Shown here piece after piece: positions 23,741 through 33,840 of a stretch of DNA of 64,000 bases (positions are counted from its first letter, which is position 1; the number at the start of each line of letters is the position of its first letter). The notes below the pieces were generated by a model. It made no database searches. It saw nothing but the letters and a program-made list of their open reading frames with translations, and was not told the DNA's origin. Position numbers and translations under genes: made by a program. Source of the stretch: Patescibacteria group bacterium (lineage in GTDB: Bacteria > Patescibacteriota > Patescibacteriia > Patescibacteriales > WJLG01); contig JAQTUZ010000001.1 in the NCBI GenBank assembly GCA_028707065.1, positions 98,737-162,736 of the forward strand. Direction: 5' to 3'.

Positions 23741-24376
23741 ATGATAAAAGTATTCAGCCAAATTTTAAATTATTTTCCGATTTTTGCCGTGGCGGCGGTT
23801 TTCCTTTGGGTGATAGCGGCGCATTGGAAAAAATGGAATCTTTGGATTCTGGTCTGGGTGATGATCGGTTTTCATCTTGGCCTGGCCCTGATCAAAAGCA
23901 TTTTGCAATATTGGGCGTGGGATCAAAGCCAGCTGACGCGGCTATTGCTCAATTTGCCGGTTGATAAAACGGTTCCGGGCTGGTTGGCGCGTTTGCCGAT
24001 CTTTGCCGATTTTTCCCATGGCTATTTCTGGTATTATATTTGGAATAATTTTTGGAAAGAGGCGCTGTTTTCCCTGATAGCGGCTTTTATTATTTATGGG
24101 ATTTTTCGGCTTTTACAGCGCTATAAACCGCGTTTTTTCCAGAGCCAGGACAGCGAATTGGGTTTGTTAATGGCTTTGCTCGTCGGCTGGCCGCAAATTA
24201 TTTTATTTTTACCCATAACTTTTTTGGTGGCGATGGTTTTTTCTCTGGCCAAATCCATTTTTCGTCAAGAAACTTATTGCCCGCTGGCCTGGCCGTTTTT
24301 GATTAGTACCGCCCTAATGCTGGTTTTTAACGCTCAACTGTCGGTCTGGCTTTATTTGCTATTGAAAATTATTTAG
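23741..24376 (+). CDS. polytopic membrane protein, possibly a divergent prepilin peptidase-like protein
   Basis: About 6 TM helices between pilin and pilB; DSELGLLMALLVGW loosely resembles the GDVKL motif region; start moved to ATG 23741. Confidence 0.35.
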   Translation: MIKVFSQILNYFPIFAVAAVFLWVIAAHWKKWNLWILVWVMIGFHLGLALIKSILQYWAWDQSQLTRLLLNLPVDKTVPGWLARLPIFADFSHGYFWYYIWNNFWKEALFSLIAAFIIYGIFRLLQRYKPRFFQSQDSELGLLMALLVGWPQIILFLPITFLVAMVFSLAKSIFRQETYCPLAWPFLISTALMLVFNAQLSVWLYLLLKII

Positions 24377-24445
24377 AATATCCGCAGTAACGTAAAACTT
24401 TGCGTTACTATTCAGCTTATCGCAGAACAATTTAGTGGTGTTGGA

Positions 24446-24480
24446 TATCCGACATCCGATATCTGATATCTGAAATCCGA
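24446..24480 (+). repeat. five tandem heptamers (NATCYGA) directly upstream of pilB
   Basis: TATCCGA CATCCGA TATCTGA TATCTGA AATCCGA, then TTT-ATG. Confidence 0.8.
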
Positions 24481-24483
24481 TTT

Positions 24484-26196
24484 ATGCATATCACTAAAGA
24501 AAAATTAAAAGAATTATTGCTTGATTCCGGCGTGGTGGAAGAAAAGGTCTTTCAGTCCGCTCTCGACGAGTCGATGCGCTTGGGCCAATCGCTCGCGGAC
24601 GTCTTGATCGGCCGGGGCGATCTGTCCGAGGAATATCTGCTGGAAGTGCTCGAGCCGTATTTTGGCGCGCCCGTGGCGGATTTGCGCAAAAAAACTTTGC
24701 CGAAAGAAGTTTTTGAGCTTATTCCGGAAACCTATGCCAAGTCCAAGAACGTCATGGCTTTTGAAATTGACGCGAAAAAAAATGTCTTGAAACTGGCCAT
24801 GGCCGATCCTTTTGATTATGATGCCATTGAATTTTTGCGGGCCAAGCTCGGCATGGAGATCGAGCCGTATTTTAGCAGTCGCGGCAGTTTGAAATTCGGC
24901 TTCAAGCAGTATAAGCAGCAGATCGGCCAGGAGTTTGATAAAGTGATCACGGAAAACGTCGACAAGATCTTAAGGGAGTCGAGCGGCGAGGTTGATATGG
25001 CCAAGCTGGCCGACGCTCTGCCGGTGGTGGCGATTTTGGATAGCATCGTCGAACATGCCATCGCCCTGAATGCTTCCGATATCCATTTTGAGCCTCTGCC
25101 GAAAACATTGCTGATCCGTTATCGCATTGACGGCGTTTTAGAAGAAATATTGACTTTGCAAAAAGTCATCGAGCCGATTTTGGTGGCCAGAGTGAAAATC
25201 TTGGCGAACCTGCAGATCGACGAGCATCGGGCGCCGCAGGATGGCCGGTTCCGCTTTGAAATGGAAGAAGGCGGCTATATCGATTCGCGCGTCAATATCA
25301 TGCCGGTGATGCACGGCGAAAAAGTGGAAATGCGCCTCTTAAAAAGTTCGGCCCGGGCCCTGACTTTGGAAGAATTGGGCTTGTCCGCCGCGGCGATCAA
25401 GATCGTCGGCGAAGAAGTGCATAAGGCGCATGGCATGGTGCTGGTGACCGGTCCGACCGGCCACGGCAAGACCACGACGCTGTACGCGATCTTGCATATT
25501 TTAAATACGTCGGAAGTAAATATCACGACGATCGAAGACCCGATCGAATATGAAGTCTCCCGGGTCAACCAAACTCAGGTGAACGTCAAGGCCGGGATCA
25601 CTTTCGCCAACGGCTTGCGCGCCCTGGTGCGGCAGAATCCGGACATCATCATGGTCGGCGAAATCAGAGACTCTGAGACCGCGGAAATTTCGGTCCATGC
25701 CGCGCTGACCGGGCACTTATTGTTATCTTCTTTGCATACCAATGACGCGGCTTCGGCCGTGCCGCGCTTGATCGATATGAAAGTTCAGCCGTTTCTTTTG
25801 GCTTCCACGCTGAATTTAGTGGTGGCCCAGCGCCTGGTCAGGAAGATCTGCGGCGGCTGCGTCACTTCTTATCCGATTCCTTCGGATGTGCGGGAGTTGA
25901 TCAAAAAACATTTGTCGCTGTCCAACGAGAAGGTCGAGAGTATTCCGAAAATGTTATTCCGCGGCAAGGGCTGCAATATGTGCAACCATACCGGATTTCT
26001 GGGGCAGATCGGAATTTTTGAATTATTGCAAGTATCGGAAAATATCAAAGGGCTGATCTTAAAAACGGCTCCGGCGGCCGAGATCAAAAAACAAGCCGTG
26101 AAAGAAGGAATGATCAGCTTGTTCCGGGACGGCTTGCAGAAAGTGGAGCGGGGCGTGACCACGATCGAAGAAATTTTGCGGGTCATTAGCGAATAG
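24484..26196 (+). CDS. pilB: type IV pilus assembly ATPase PilB / GspE family
   Basis: 570 aa; Walker A GPTGHGKTT, Asp box, Walker B IIMVGEIRD, tetracysteine CGGC...CNMC. Confidence 0.95.
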   Translation: MHITKEKLKELLLDSGVVEEKVFQSALDESMRLGQSLADVLIGRGDLSEEYLLEVLEPYFGAPVADLRKKTLPKEVFELIPETYAKSKNVMAFEIDAKKNVLKLAMADPFDYDAIEFLRAKLGMEIEPYFSSRGSLKFGFKQYKQQIGQEFDKVITENVDKILRESSGEVDMAKLADALPVVAILDSIVEHAIALNASDIHFEPLPKTLLIRYRIDGVLEEILTLQKVIEPILVARVKILANLQIDEHRAPQDGRFRFEMEEGGYIDSRVNIMPVMHGEKVEMRLLKSSARALTLEELGLSAAAIKIVGEEVHKAHGMVLVTGPTGHGKTTTLYAILHILNTSEVNITTIEDPIEYEVSRVNQTQVNVKAGITFANGLRALVRQNPDIIMVGEIRDSETAEISVHAALTGHLLLSSLHTNDAASAVPRLIDMKVQPFLLASTLNLVVAQRLVRKICGGCVTSYPIPSDVRELIKKHLSLSNEKVESIPKMLFRGKGCNMCNHTGFLGQIGIFELLQVSENIKGLILKTAPAAEIKKQAVKEGMISLFRDGLQKVERGVTTIEEILRVISE

Positions 26197-26227
26197 AGGT
26201 TCGAGATAAAATATTTTAGCTGGATGT

Positions 26228-26300
26228 AATACTAATTTAATACAAATACATACTAATCACACGAATTCGTTATATTAGTATGTATTCGTAAATTAGTATT
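26228..26300. repeat. three-tier perfect palindrome between pilB and pilC
   Basis: AATACTAATTTA/TAAATTAGTATT, AATACATACTAAT/ATTAGTATGTATT and central ACGAATTCGT. Confidence 0.8.
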
Positions 26301-26313
26301 GCATTTATAGGAT

Positions 26314-27522
26314 ATGCGTTATTATTTTGAAGCCATTGATCAGCAGGGGGTGCCGGTGATCGGCAAATACGAAGCCGAAACCGAAGCCGAAGTGTCGGAG
26401 CATCTCCAAAAACGCCAGCTGATACCCCTGATCATCAGGCCGGAAGGCGGCGTTTTTAATATTAAAAATATTTCATTTTTCGAAGGAATCACTGCCATGG
26501 ATCGGATCGCTTTGGTGAGAAATTTGGCCGCTACTACCAAGGCCGGCTTGAGCATCATCGAAGCGCTGGATATCTTGGCGCAGGACGCGGAAAAGCCGTT
26601 ATTGAAAAAGATCCTCCTGGAGATGAAAAGCAATATGCAGAACGGCCAGCCGCTCTGGCAGTCGTTCCAATATTATCGGCGTTATTTTCCGCCTTTTTTT
26701 GTGGGTATGATCAGGGCGGCGGAATCTTCCGGCAAGCTGGATACGACTCTGGATGAACTGACGCAATATTTGACGCGCGAATACAGCCTGGTAAAAAAAG
26801 TAAAAAACTCCCTGGCTTATCCGATCCTGCTGCTCTTCGCGTCCGGCGGGGTGATAATTTTGCTGCTGGGCTTTGTTTTGCCGAGCCTGGAAAAAACTTT
26901 TCAGCGCAGCCAGATGGTTTTGCCGGCCTACACTCGGGCGCTGATGTCGTTTAGCCATGGCATTCGTTATAATATTTGGGGCGACGCGATATTTGTTTTG
27001 GTCATCATTGCCATTATCGTTTTTTTCCGGCGCAATGCCTGGCTGAAGAAGCTTGTTTCCCGCTGGTCGTTCAGTGTTCCGCTTTTGCGCGATGTTTTGA
27101 AAAAGATCGTTTTGGTAAGATTTACGCGCACCTTGGGCAGCTTGCTCGGGAGCGGCGCGCTGATCACGGAGTCTTTGCAATTGGCGGCTGATTCCGTCGG
27201 CAACGAATATTACCGGCAAGCTATTTTGAAAGTAAATGCCGAGGTGATCCGCGGCTTGCCTTTGTCCAAGGCTTTATCCGGCAGCGATAAATTATTTCCC
27301 CGTTTTTTGATCAGCCTGGTGATGGTCGGAGAAAAGACCGGCACTCTGGAACATATCCTTAAGACCTTTGCCAATTTTTACGATGAAGAAGTTGAGAATA
27401 GCTTAAGGACTATGACCACTTTTCTGGAACCGGCAATGCTCCTGGTCATGGGTTTGGTCATCGGTTTTATCGCCCTCTCTGTTTTATTGCCGATCTACCA
27501 ATTCGTGGGAAAATTCATTTAA
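26314..27522 (+). CDS. pilC: type IV pilus platform protein PilC / GspF family
   Basis: 402 aa; two GspF-like repeats, 3 TM helices, conserved LEPAMLLVMG. Confidence 0.9.
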   Translation: MRYYFEAIDQQGVPVIGKYEAETEAEVSEHLQKRQLIPLIIRPEGGVFNIKNISFFEGITAMDRIALVRNLAATTKAGLSIIEALDILAQDAEKPLLKKILLEMKSNMQNGQPLWQSFQYYRRYFPPFFVGMIRAAESSGKLDTTLDELTQYLTREYSLVKKVKNSLAYPILLLFASGGVIILLLGFVLPSLEKTFQRSQMVLPAYTRALMSFSHGIRYNIWGDAIFVLVIIAIIVFFRRNAWLKKLVSRWSFSVPLLRDVLKKIVLVRFTRTLGSLLGSGALITESLQLAADSVGNEYYRQAILKVNAEVIRGLPLSKALSGSDKLFPRFLISLVMVGEKTGTLEHILKTFANFYDEEVENSLRTMTTFLEPAMLLVMGLVIGFIALSVLLPIYQFVGKFI

Positions 27523-27564
27523 TCAATCCGTAGGAACGCAATATTTTGCGTTCTGTTTGCAAAT

Positions 27565-28020
27565 ATGTTTTCTCGCCAGGGCTTTACGCTTATCGAAGTT
27601 TTGCTGGTCGCCACGATACTCGCGATGATCGCCGGTTTCAGTATCGGGATTTATGATAATTACAGCCGGAACATGGAATTGGAGTCAACGGGCAAAAATA
27701 TCATTTATGATCTGCGGCAGATGCGCGCCTACGCGGCAGCCGGCGTTGATCAACGCAAGTGGGGAATTCATCTGTCAAATGGCACGCAGGATTATTATGA
27801 ATTATTTTCCACGCCGACTGACTACGCGGATGCCGGCAAGACGAGAGTCAGCGCTAATTATTTGCCGGCTACCTTGCACTTCGTTAAGCCGGCCGAAGGC
27901 GTTAATTTGGATATTATTTTTTCCAGTATCTCCGGCAATACCACGGCCGATTTTTTTACCGTCGGCGCGCCGGGCGGCAGCATGACGATCAATGTCACCG
28001 CTTCCGGCGCGGTATATTAA
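27565..28020 (+). CDS. pilin-like / pseudopilin protein
   Basis: Leader MFSRQG then FTLIEVLLVATILAMI. Confidence 0.8.
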   Translation: MFSRQGFTLIEVLLVATILAMIAGFSIGIYDNYSRNMELESTGKNIIYDLRQMRAYAAAGVDQRKWGIHLSNGTQDYYELFSTPTDYADAGKTRVSANYLPATLHFVKPAEGVNLDIIFSSISGNTTADFFTVGAPGGSMTINVTASGAVY

Positions 28021-28021
28021 T

Positions 28022-28687
28022 ATGAAGCTTGATAACTCCGGGCAAATTCTTTTGGAAGTGCTGGTCGCCATGGCCATTGCCGCCGTGGTGGTGGTTTTGG
28101 GTTCGCAATTGATCTACGTCAGCCTTGCCGGCAATAAAATTTCCGAAGATATTGATGTCGCTTTTGGCTTGGGCGAAGAAACCTTTGTCGCCGCGCAAGC
28201 GGCGGCCACGGAAAATTGGAACAATCTTTATTCTCTGGCTCATGATGGCACTAAATATTATCCGCAACAATCGGCCGAGAAATGGTCGCTCGCTTTGGGA
28301 ACGGAAAATATTCCGCTTAATTTTGCCGTTTACAGCCGTTATTTTACCGTCCAGAATGTCTGCCGGGATATTTACAGCCGAGCTATTGTCGGGATCAGCG
28401 ATAGCGGCGGCAGCGCCGTTACCTGCGATAATTTTCCCGGCAGCAGAATGGACCCTTCGACGCAGAGAATCAATGTTTCCGTAAACTGGGCGAACGCTCC
28501 GGTAGTGAGCGTCAGCGATTACCTGACCCGCTGGCGGAATAAAGTCTGCGCCAGCACCAACTGGTCAGGCGGAAAAACAGCGCCGGCCGATAACGCTGTT
28601 CTCTGTTCCGATTCGCTCAACACTTATTATGACGACGATGAAAATATTGACGCGAGCACGCTGGGCAAGATAAAAATAAAATCCTAA
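28022..28687 (+). CDS. minor pilin-like protein
   Basis: MKLDNSG then QILLEVLVAMAIAAVVV (Glu +5); start moved from 27992 to ATG 28022, just after the upstream stop. Confidence 0.65.
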   Translation: MKLDNSGQILLEVLVAMAIAAVVVVLGSQLIYVSLAGNKISEDIDVAFGLGEETFVAAQAAATENWNNLYSLAHDGTKYYPQQSAEKWSLALGTENIPLNFAVYSRYFTVQNVCRDIYSRAIVGISDSGGSAVTCDNFPGSRMDPSTQRINVSVNWANAPVVSVSDYLTRWRNKVCASTNWSGGKTAPADNAVLCSDSLNTYYDDDENIDASTLGKIKIKS

Positions 28688-28694
28688 CAGTTTT

Positions 28695-29636
28695 ATGAGT
28701 AAAAAAAAGTTTTGGCTGATCATTATCGGAGTTATCGCTTTTTTATCATTAGGTTTTAATCTTTGGGCGATATTTTTTTACGCGCCTAAATTCTGTTTCA
28801 CTGATAATGAAATAAAGAAATCGCAATTCAGCCTTTTAAATCCGGCGCGGTCGATTTACGAGCAGAAAGACTTGATCGTCAATGTCCAGCCGCTGCGCGA
28901 TGAGCTGGATAAGATCGGCGCTGATCCCGATATTTCCATTTATTTTGAATATTTGCCGACCGGCGCCAACATCGCCGTTAATAAGGAGGCGGAATTTTTT
29001 CCAGCCAGTTTGGTTAAATTGCCGGTAGTGATGGCGGCGGCCAAAAAAGTGGCCAGCGGCCAATGGCGCTGGCAGAACGAGCTGGTTCTGATGAGCAATG
29101 ATAAAGACGATAAATTCGGCGAGTTGTATCAATCGCCGATCGGCACCACCTTTACTATCGACGATCTGTCAGTTAAAGCTTTGGCCGAATCCGATAATAC
29201 GGCCTATCACATGCTCTTAAGAAATCTTGAGCCGGCCGAACTGGAAGAAATGCATCAGCATTTGGGGCTGGAAGATTTTTTTACTGCTGACGGCAAGATC
29301 AGCGCCAAAAAATATTCAGTCATCTTGCGCGCCCTTTATGGCAGTTCCTATCTCCCCGAAGAGTATTCGCAAAAACTATTAAAGATAATGACGCAAAGCA
29401 GTTTTAATCAATATTTGGCCAGCGGCCTGCCAAAAGATATTTTATTCGCCCATAAGATCGGGGTGAGCGACGAGCAGGATGTGGTTTTGGACGCGGGGAT
29501 AGTTTATTTGCCCGGGCGGCCGTACTTGCTGGCAGTGATGATCAAGACGAAAGATATGGCGGCGGCGGAAATACAGATGAAAAATATTTCCGAAAAAGTT
29601 TATAGTTATATCGCCAATTATTCCGAAGAAAAATAA
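28695..29636 (+). CDS. membrane-anchored class A beta-lactamase-like serine hydrolase
   Basis: SxxK (ASLVK), SDN (ESDNTA) and a KTG-like HKIG motif in the right order. Confidence 0.65.
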   Translation: MSKKKFWLIIIGVIAFLSLGFNLWAIFFYAPKFCFTDNEIKKSQFSLLNPARSIYEQKDLIVNVQPLRDELDKIGADPDISIYFEYLPTGANIAVNKEAEFFPASLVKLPVVMAAAKKVASGQWRWQNELVLMSNDKDDKFGELYQSPIGTTFTIDDLSVKALAESDNTAYHMLLRNLEPAELEEMHQHLGLEDFFTADGKISAKKYSVILRALYGSSYLPEEYSQKLLKIMTQSSFNQYLASGLPKDILFAHKIGVSDEQDVVLDAGIVYLPGRPYLLAVMIKTKDMAAAEIQMKNISEKVYSYIANYSEEK

Positions 29637-29642
29637 AACAGA

Positions 29643-32600
29643 ATGATTAAAAAAGCTTTAAAAAATATTTGTATTTTCACGATGGTTTTGGGTTTGGTTT
29701 TTTCCAGCCTGCCTTATGATTTTTTGACCAACGCTATCTCTGCCTATGAAAAATCCGCCAATATCGTGGATAAATTCTGGCATTTGCAGCGCGATCCGAA
29801 TGTGGTCGATAATTTCCGGGAAAATAATATTTTTTCCGGCCTGATGATCCATTATGCCAATGCCGCGGTGGGAGATGCGAGAATCCAATATGGCTTTTCC
29901 AACAACTCTACTCCCAGAACTCAATTTTATAACGATACGACAAATTCTTACGGGGGAGAAACCACCACTGTTGCTGGTACGGCCACTATCGGCTGGGTCG
30001 TTTCCAAAGAATCCACGACTGAAGATCTGACCGTTATGGTAACCCAGTCTACAACCGGAGTAATGGATATTTTTTGCCGCAATAGCGCCGGCACCTGGTC
30101 AAAAGATATTTCCGGAGTTTCCGTAAGCGCTAACGCCGCTACTCGGCGTTTTGACGTGGAATTTGAAAAGACTTCCGGCATCCCCATGGTTTTATTTTCC
30201 CGCAATGTCGCGACGACCAACGAGCTGGGGTATTATCGCAAAACCGGCGCGGGCTGCGGAGCCGGTTCCTGGACCGGGCCGACCATGCTTAATCCGACCA
30301 GAGTGACCGCGGCCGTGCTTTGGGTGGAATTGGCAGCCAGACAAACCAGCGGGACAAATGTATTGGCGGCGGCCTTTTCCGATGCCACGGCTACGCAGGG
30401 CGGAAAATTGGAAGCGATGATCTGGACGGGCAGCGCCTGGGGCAGCGAATCCCCGGCTGGCGCGGCCAACGGCTGGTCCGATCTCTCGATCGAATTGCAG
30501 GGAACTGCCGGCGCTAACGCGGCTAAAGTTTTTGACTTAGCCTTTGAAACTAATACTGGTGATTTACTGGTAGCTTGGGGAACTTCTTTGGGCGCCAATG
30601 GCACGAACGGCTGGCGCTACGCGACTTGCGCGGCAGCTTTGCCTTGTACTTGGTCGGCCGTGCAAACTCCGGCCGGGCCGACCGATGATGCGACTAATGT
30701 GGCCTGCGCTCCTGACCCCGGTTCTGACGCGATTGCTTGCGCGGCACAAGGAAATGCCGGCAACGATCTTACTGCCTGGCGCTGGTCAGGCACGGCAGTC
30801 AGCGGAACTGTGGCCAATGCCGATACGACTTTATTGGCGACTGCGGCCGGCGATATGCATGTGGATATCGATTGGGTGGTGAGCGGCAGCCAGAGAATGG
30901 CCGTGGCAGCCTATGCTAATGGTAATACTGGTTATCGATATATTTATTATGATACGGTTGGCGCGGCTTGGCGGACAAATACAAACACCGGTTTTGCTAT
31001 TACCGGCGCTCCGGCAACGGCCGGGCAAAGCATCCAGGTCAAAAGAAACCCCGCCAACGCGGCGCAGTTGATGGTTAGTTTTACTGACGCGAATTCTGAT
31101 CTCTGGGCGAAAAGATTGGCTTACAACGGCGCGGCCGGCGGCGCAACCACTCCCTTGTCCACCTGGTCCAATTCTGATGGCGGAGTGACTTTACAAGGGA
31201 CGGTGAGCAGTATCACTTCGATGCCGTTTATGCTGGATTGGATTAATGTCTCAATCCAAAACTTGACGATCAACGCCACGGCCGGCTCCCAAGTTGCTAA
31301 TTTAAATTCGGGGGCGACTTCGCAATACGCTCAAGACGTTTCTTGCAATAGCGCGGCTTCTTGTGCCGCCTTTACCTTGGCGATTGACAGCGGCTCGGAA
31401 ACATTGACCTCGATAAAAATTACTGAAACCGGGACGGCAAACGCGACCAATGACTTGGCCAACGCGGCTTTATTCTATGATACTGACGGAAATTTTGCCA
31501 ACGGCGTAACCGGGCAATTCGGCTCGACCGTTTCTGCTTTCACTTCCGAAGCCGCGACTTTTTCCGGATCTTTGGCCATGGTCGCCGGCACCACTTATTA
31601 TTTTTATGTCCGTTATGATCTGGCCAAGTCAGGCGCTTATCCTGATGGCGGACAGACGGTTAATTTCCAAATCGCGGCCAATGGCGATGTCACAACCAGT
31701 GGCAGTTCCATAAAAACCGGCGCGCCGGCATCTTTGGCTGGAGCCACAACCGTGCGGCCGGATATCACGAATATAACTTATCCGATAACTTCGCCCTTGT
31801 CAGGCGGCCGGATCGGGCAAGGCGTCACGATCAACGGCTATGGCTTTGGAACTGTTTGCGATGGCGCTAATAATAAAGTTGAGATCGGCACGGCTGTTGT
31901 TTCCTGCACCGGCACGACTTTCACTGATACTTCCATTACTGTTTCCAATTTTCAATATTCTTCCGGCGATAGTTATGGCGGAACCGGCGCCAACGGCCTG
32001 TTAGCGACAGTCGGCGGGACAGCCAATGACGCGCGCCAGGATTTTTATGTTTACCCGGATATTATCAGCACCACCAATCCGGTTTCCCCTTATACTAACG
32101 CCGCCCGCGAATATGACGCGGGCGATACTGATGGCGTCGTGACTTTGAACGGCAATCATTTCGGTTCGGCCCAAGGCACTGGAGTAGTTACTGTTTTGGG
32201 CCAGACGGCTGCGACCAATTCTTGGAATGACACAGCCGTGCAAATCCAAATTCCAGACTCGATCCCTGACGATTCTTACACGGGAAATATTATCATCAAT
32301 CAGGGTGCTGGCGGTAATGATGCCACCACTGATTCTTATGGCGGTGGCACCTATAGAATTTTACCTCGCATCACCAGTTTTGATCCTGTTTCCAATCCGG
32401 TTGGTGATTCCGTAGTTGTTACTGGCAATCATTTTTGCCAAAGCGGCACTTGCCCTACAGGTACGACCGGTGTTGATTCGGATCTGGTTAATTCTCCGGC
32501 GTTTACCGCCAACGATCGGGTTATTTTCACTTCCGGCATCGTGGCGAATTACTGGGGGGCAGGCGGATGGACTGACACTACCATGGACACCCAAGTTCCT

Positions 32601-33833
32601 ACGGGAGCGGCCGTTGGCAACAACAGTGTTTATCTGAAATCGAATAATTACGATTCCAATGCGAAGAATTTTACCGTGCAAACTCTTGAGCCTGATATGC
32701 CGAGCAATCTGCTGCAATCCCGCAATTCCGGCTTTACTAATTTAATTCCTACCGGCGGCTATGCTTCTTCCACGCCGGTTTATTTCAGGTTTGACACCAG
32801 CGCGGCTGCCGGCGGAGGCAAGATGTATCCGCAAATTGAAATTCGGCCGGTACTAAATAATTTTGGTTCCACTTGCCCCGGGGCTTATTGTGAAGAAGGA
32901 ACCGGTGTTGACTATGATAGCGGTATAATAGCGCTGACCATTTCAACTTCATCGCCGGATGACTCGTATCATTGGCAGGTCCGTGCGCATTATGTTAAAA
33001 ATGGTGATTATTATAGTGCTTGGAAATCTTATCCTGATGTGGAAAATTATGAAACAGATGCCGATTTGATTATTGATACAACCGCGCCGGTCATCTCTTT
33101 TTCGTCGTCCTTTTCCCCGCCGGATACTGTTTGCGCTGACGGGCAGAAAGAGCTTAGTGCTAATAATATTAAGATTTTTTGGTATCTGAATGAATCAGGT
33201 GACGGACAAATTGAATATTCTAAAAATTCTGATTTATCTTCCAGTATTAAATTTCCGATTATCTGGCAAGTTGGCGATTTTTATCACGAAGTTGGTCTTA
33301 CCAATCTTGATTCCGGGACCACTTATTATTATAAGGTTAAGTCGCGCGATGCCGCCCATAATTTAGGCCAAAGGCCGCAGTCAACGCCTTATTGTTCTTT
33401 TAGGACGAGTAGCGTCACGCAACCGGCCAAGACAACATTTTTTTATATTATGGGCGCGACCAGCGGAATAACGGCCCTGGCAACTTCCTCTTTTTCCGTT
33501 ATCGCTCCGGAAGATTCGCCATCGGTCAAAAGCGCCTTTATTGAAGTTACCGGCTTGGTCAGCGGCGGGAGCAACTCAATAACTATTCAAGCGAATGGCG
33601 TTAGTCCTCGCGAGTATATGGTTAATTCTGCTGATCGCACCTTCTTCAGATTTGTTTATCAGATTACCGGGCCAGACGAGGAAACAAATTTAAATTTAAA
33701 CGATTCAGGCGCCTGCACTTATGGACATTTAAATAATCCGCCCTGCAATATGATCTCGATTGCGCCGGGCGCCGGGATGAGCGTTGATATTTACTCGGCT
33801 AAAATTATTGTTACTTACAGCTATGCGCCCTAA
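29643..33833 (+). CDS. giant secreted surface protein (1396 aa) with IPT/TIG-like and FN3-like repeats
   Basis: Signal peptide; three IPT/TIG-like units (ITNITYP.., PDIISTTNP.., PRITSFDP..), an FN3-like unit (TTYYYKVKSRD), C-terminal module shared with 34558-35823. Confidence 0.8.
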   Translation: MIKKALKNICIFTMVLGLVFSSLPYDFLTNAISAYEKSANIVDKFWHLQRDPNVVDNFRENNIFSGLMIHYANAAVGDARIQYGFSNNSTPRTQFYNDTTNSYGGETTTVAGTATIGWVVSKESTTEDLTVMVTQSTTGVMDIFCRNSAGTWSKDISGVSVSANAATRRFDVEFEKTSGIPMVLFSRNVATTNELGYYRKTGAGCGAGSWTGPTMLNPTRVTAAVLWVELAARQTSGTNVLAAAFSDATATQGGKLEAMIWTGSAWGSESPAGAANGWSDLSIELQGTAGANAAKVFDLAFETNTGDLLVAWGTSLGANGTNGWRYATCAAALPCTWSAVQTPAGPTDDATNVACAPDPGSDAIACAAQGNAGNDLTAWRWSGTAVSGTVANADTTLLATAAGDMHVDIDWVVSGSQRMAVAAYANGNTGYRYIYYDTVGAAWRTNTNTGFAITGAPATAGQSIQVKRNPANAAQLMVSFTDANSDLWAKRLAYNGAAGGATTPLSTWSNSDGGVTLQGTVSSITSMPFMLDWINVSIQNLTINATAGSQVANLNSGATSQYAQDVSCNSAASCAAFTLAIDSGSETLTSIKITETGTANATNDLANAALFYDTDGNFANGVTGQFGSTVSAFTSEAATFSGSLAMVAGTTYYFYVRYDLAKSGAYPDGGQTVNFQIAANGDVTTSGSSIKTGAPASLAGATTVRPDITNITYPITSPLSGGRIGQGVTINGYGFGTVCDGANNKVEIGTAVVSCTGTTFTDTSITVSNFQYSSGDSYGGTGANGLLATVGGTANDARQDFYVYPDIISTTNPVSPYTNAAREYDAGDTDGVVTLNGNHFGSAQGTGVVTVLGQTAATNSWNDTAVQIQIPDSIPDDSYTGNIIINQGAGGNDATTDSYGGGTYRILPRITSFDPVSNPVGDSVVVTGNHFCQSGTCPTGTTGVDSDLVNSPAFTANDRVIFTSGIVANYWGAGGWTDTTMDTQVPTGAAVGNNSVYLKSNNYDSNAKNFTVQTLEPDMPSNLLQSRNSGFTNLIPTGGYASSTPVYFRFDTSAAAGGGKMYPQIEIRPVLNNFGSTCPGAYCEEGTGVDYDSGIIALTISTSSPDDSYHWQVRAHYVKNGDYYSAWKSYPDVENYETDADLIIDTTAPVISFSSSFSPPDTVCADGQKELSANNIKIFWYLNESGDGQIEYSKNSDLSSSIKFPIIWQVGDFYHEVGLTNLDSGTTYYYKVKSRDAAHNLGQRPQSTPYCSFRTSSVTQPAKTTFFYIMGATSGITALATSSFSVIAPEDSPSVKSAFIEVTGLVSGGSNSITIQANGVSPREYMVNSADRTFFRFVYQITGPDEETNLNLNDSGACTYGHLNNPPCNMISIAPGAGMSVDIYSAKIIVTYSYAP

Positions 33834-33840
33834 GATTTTT

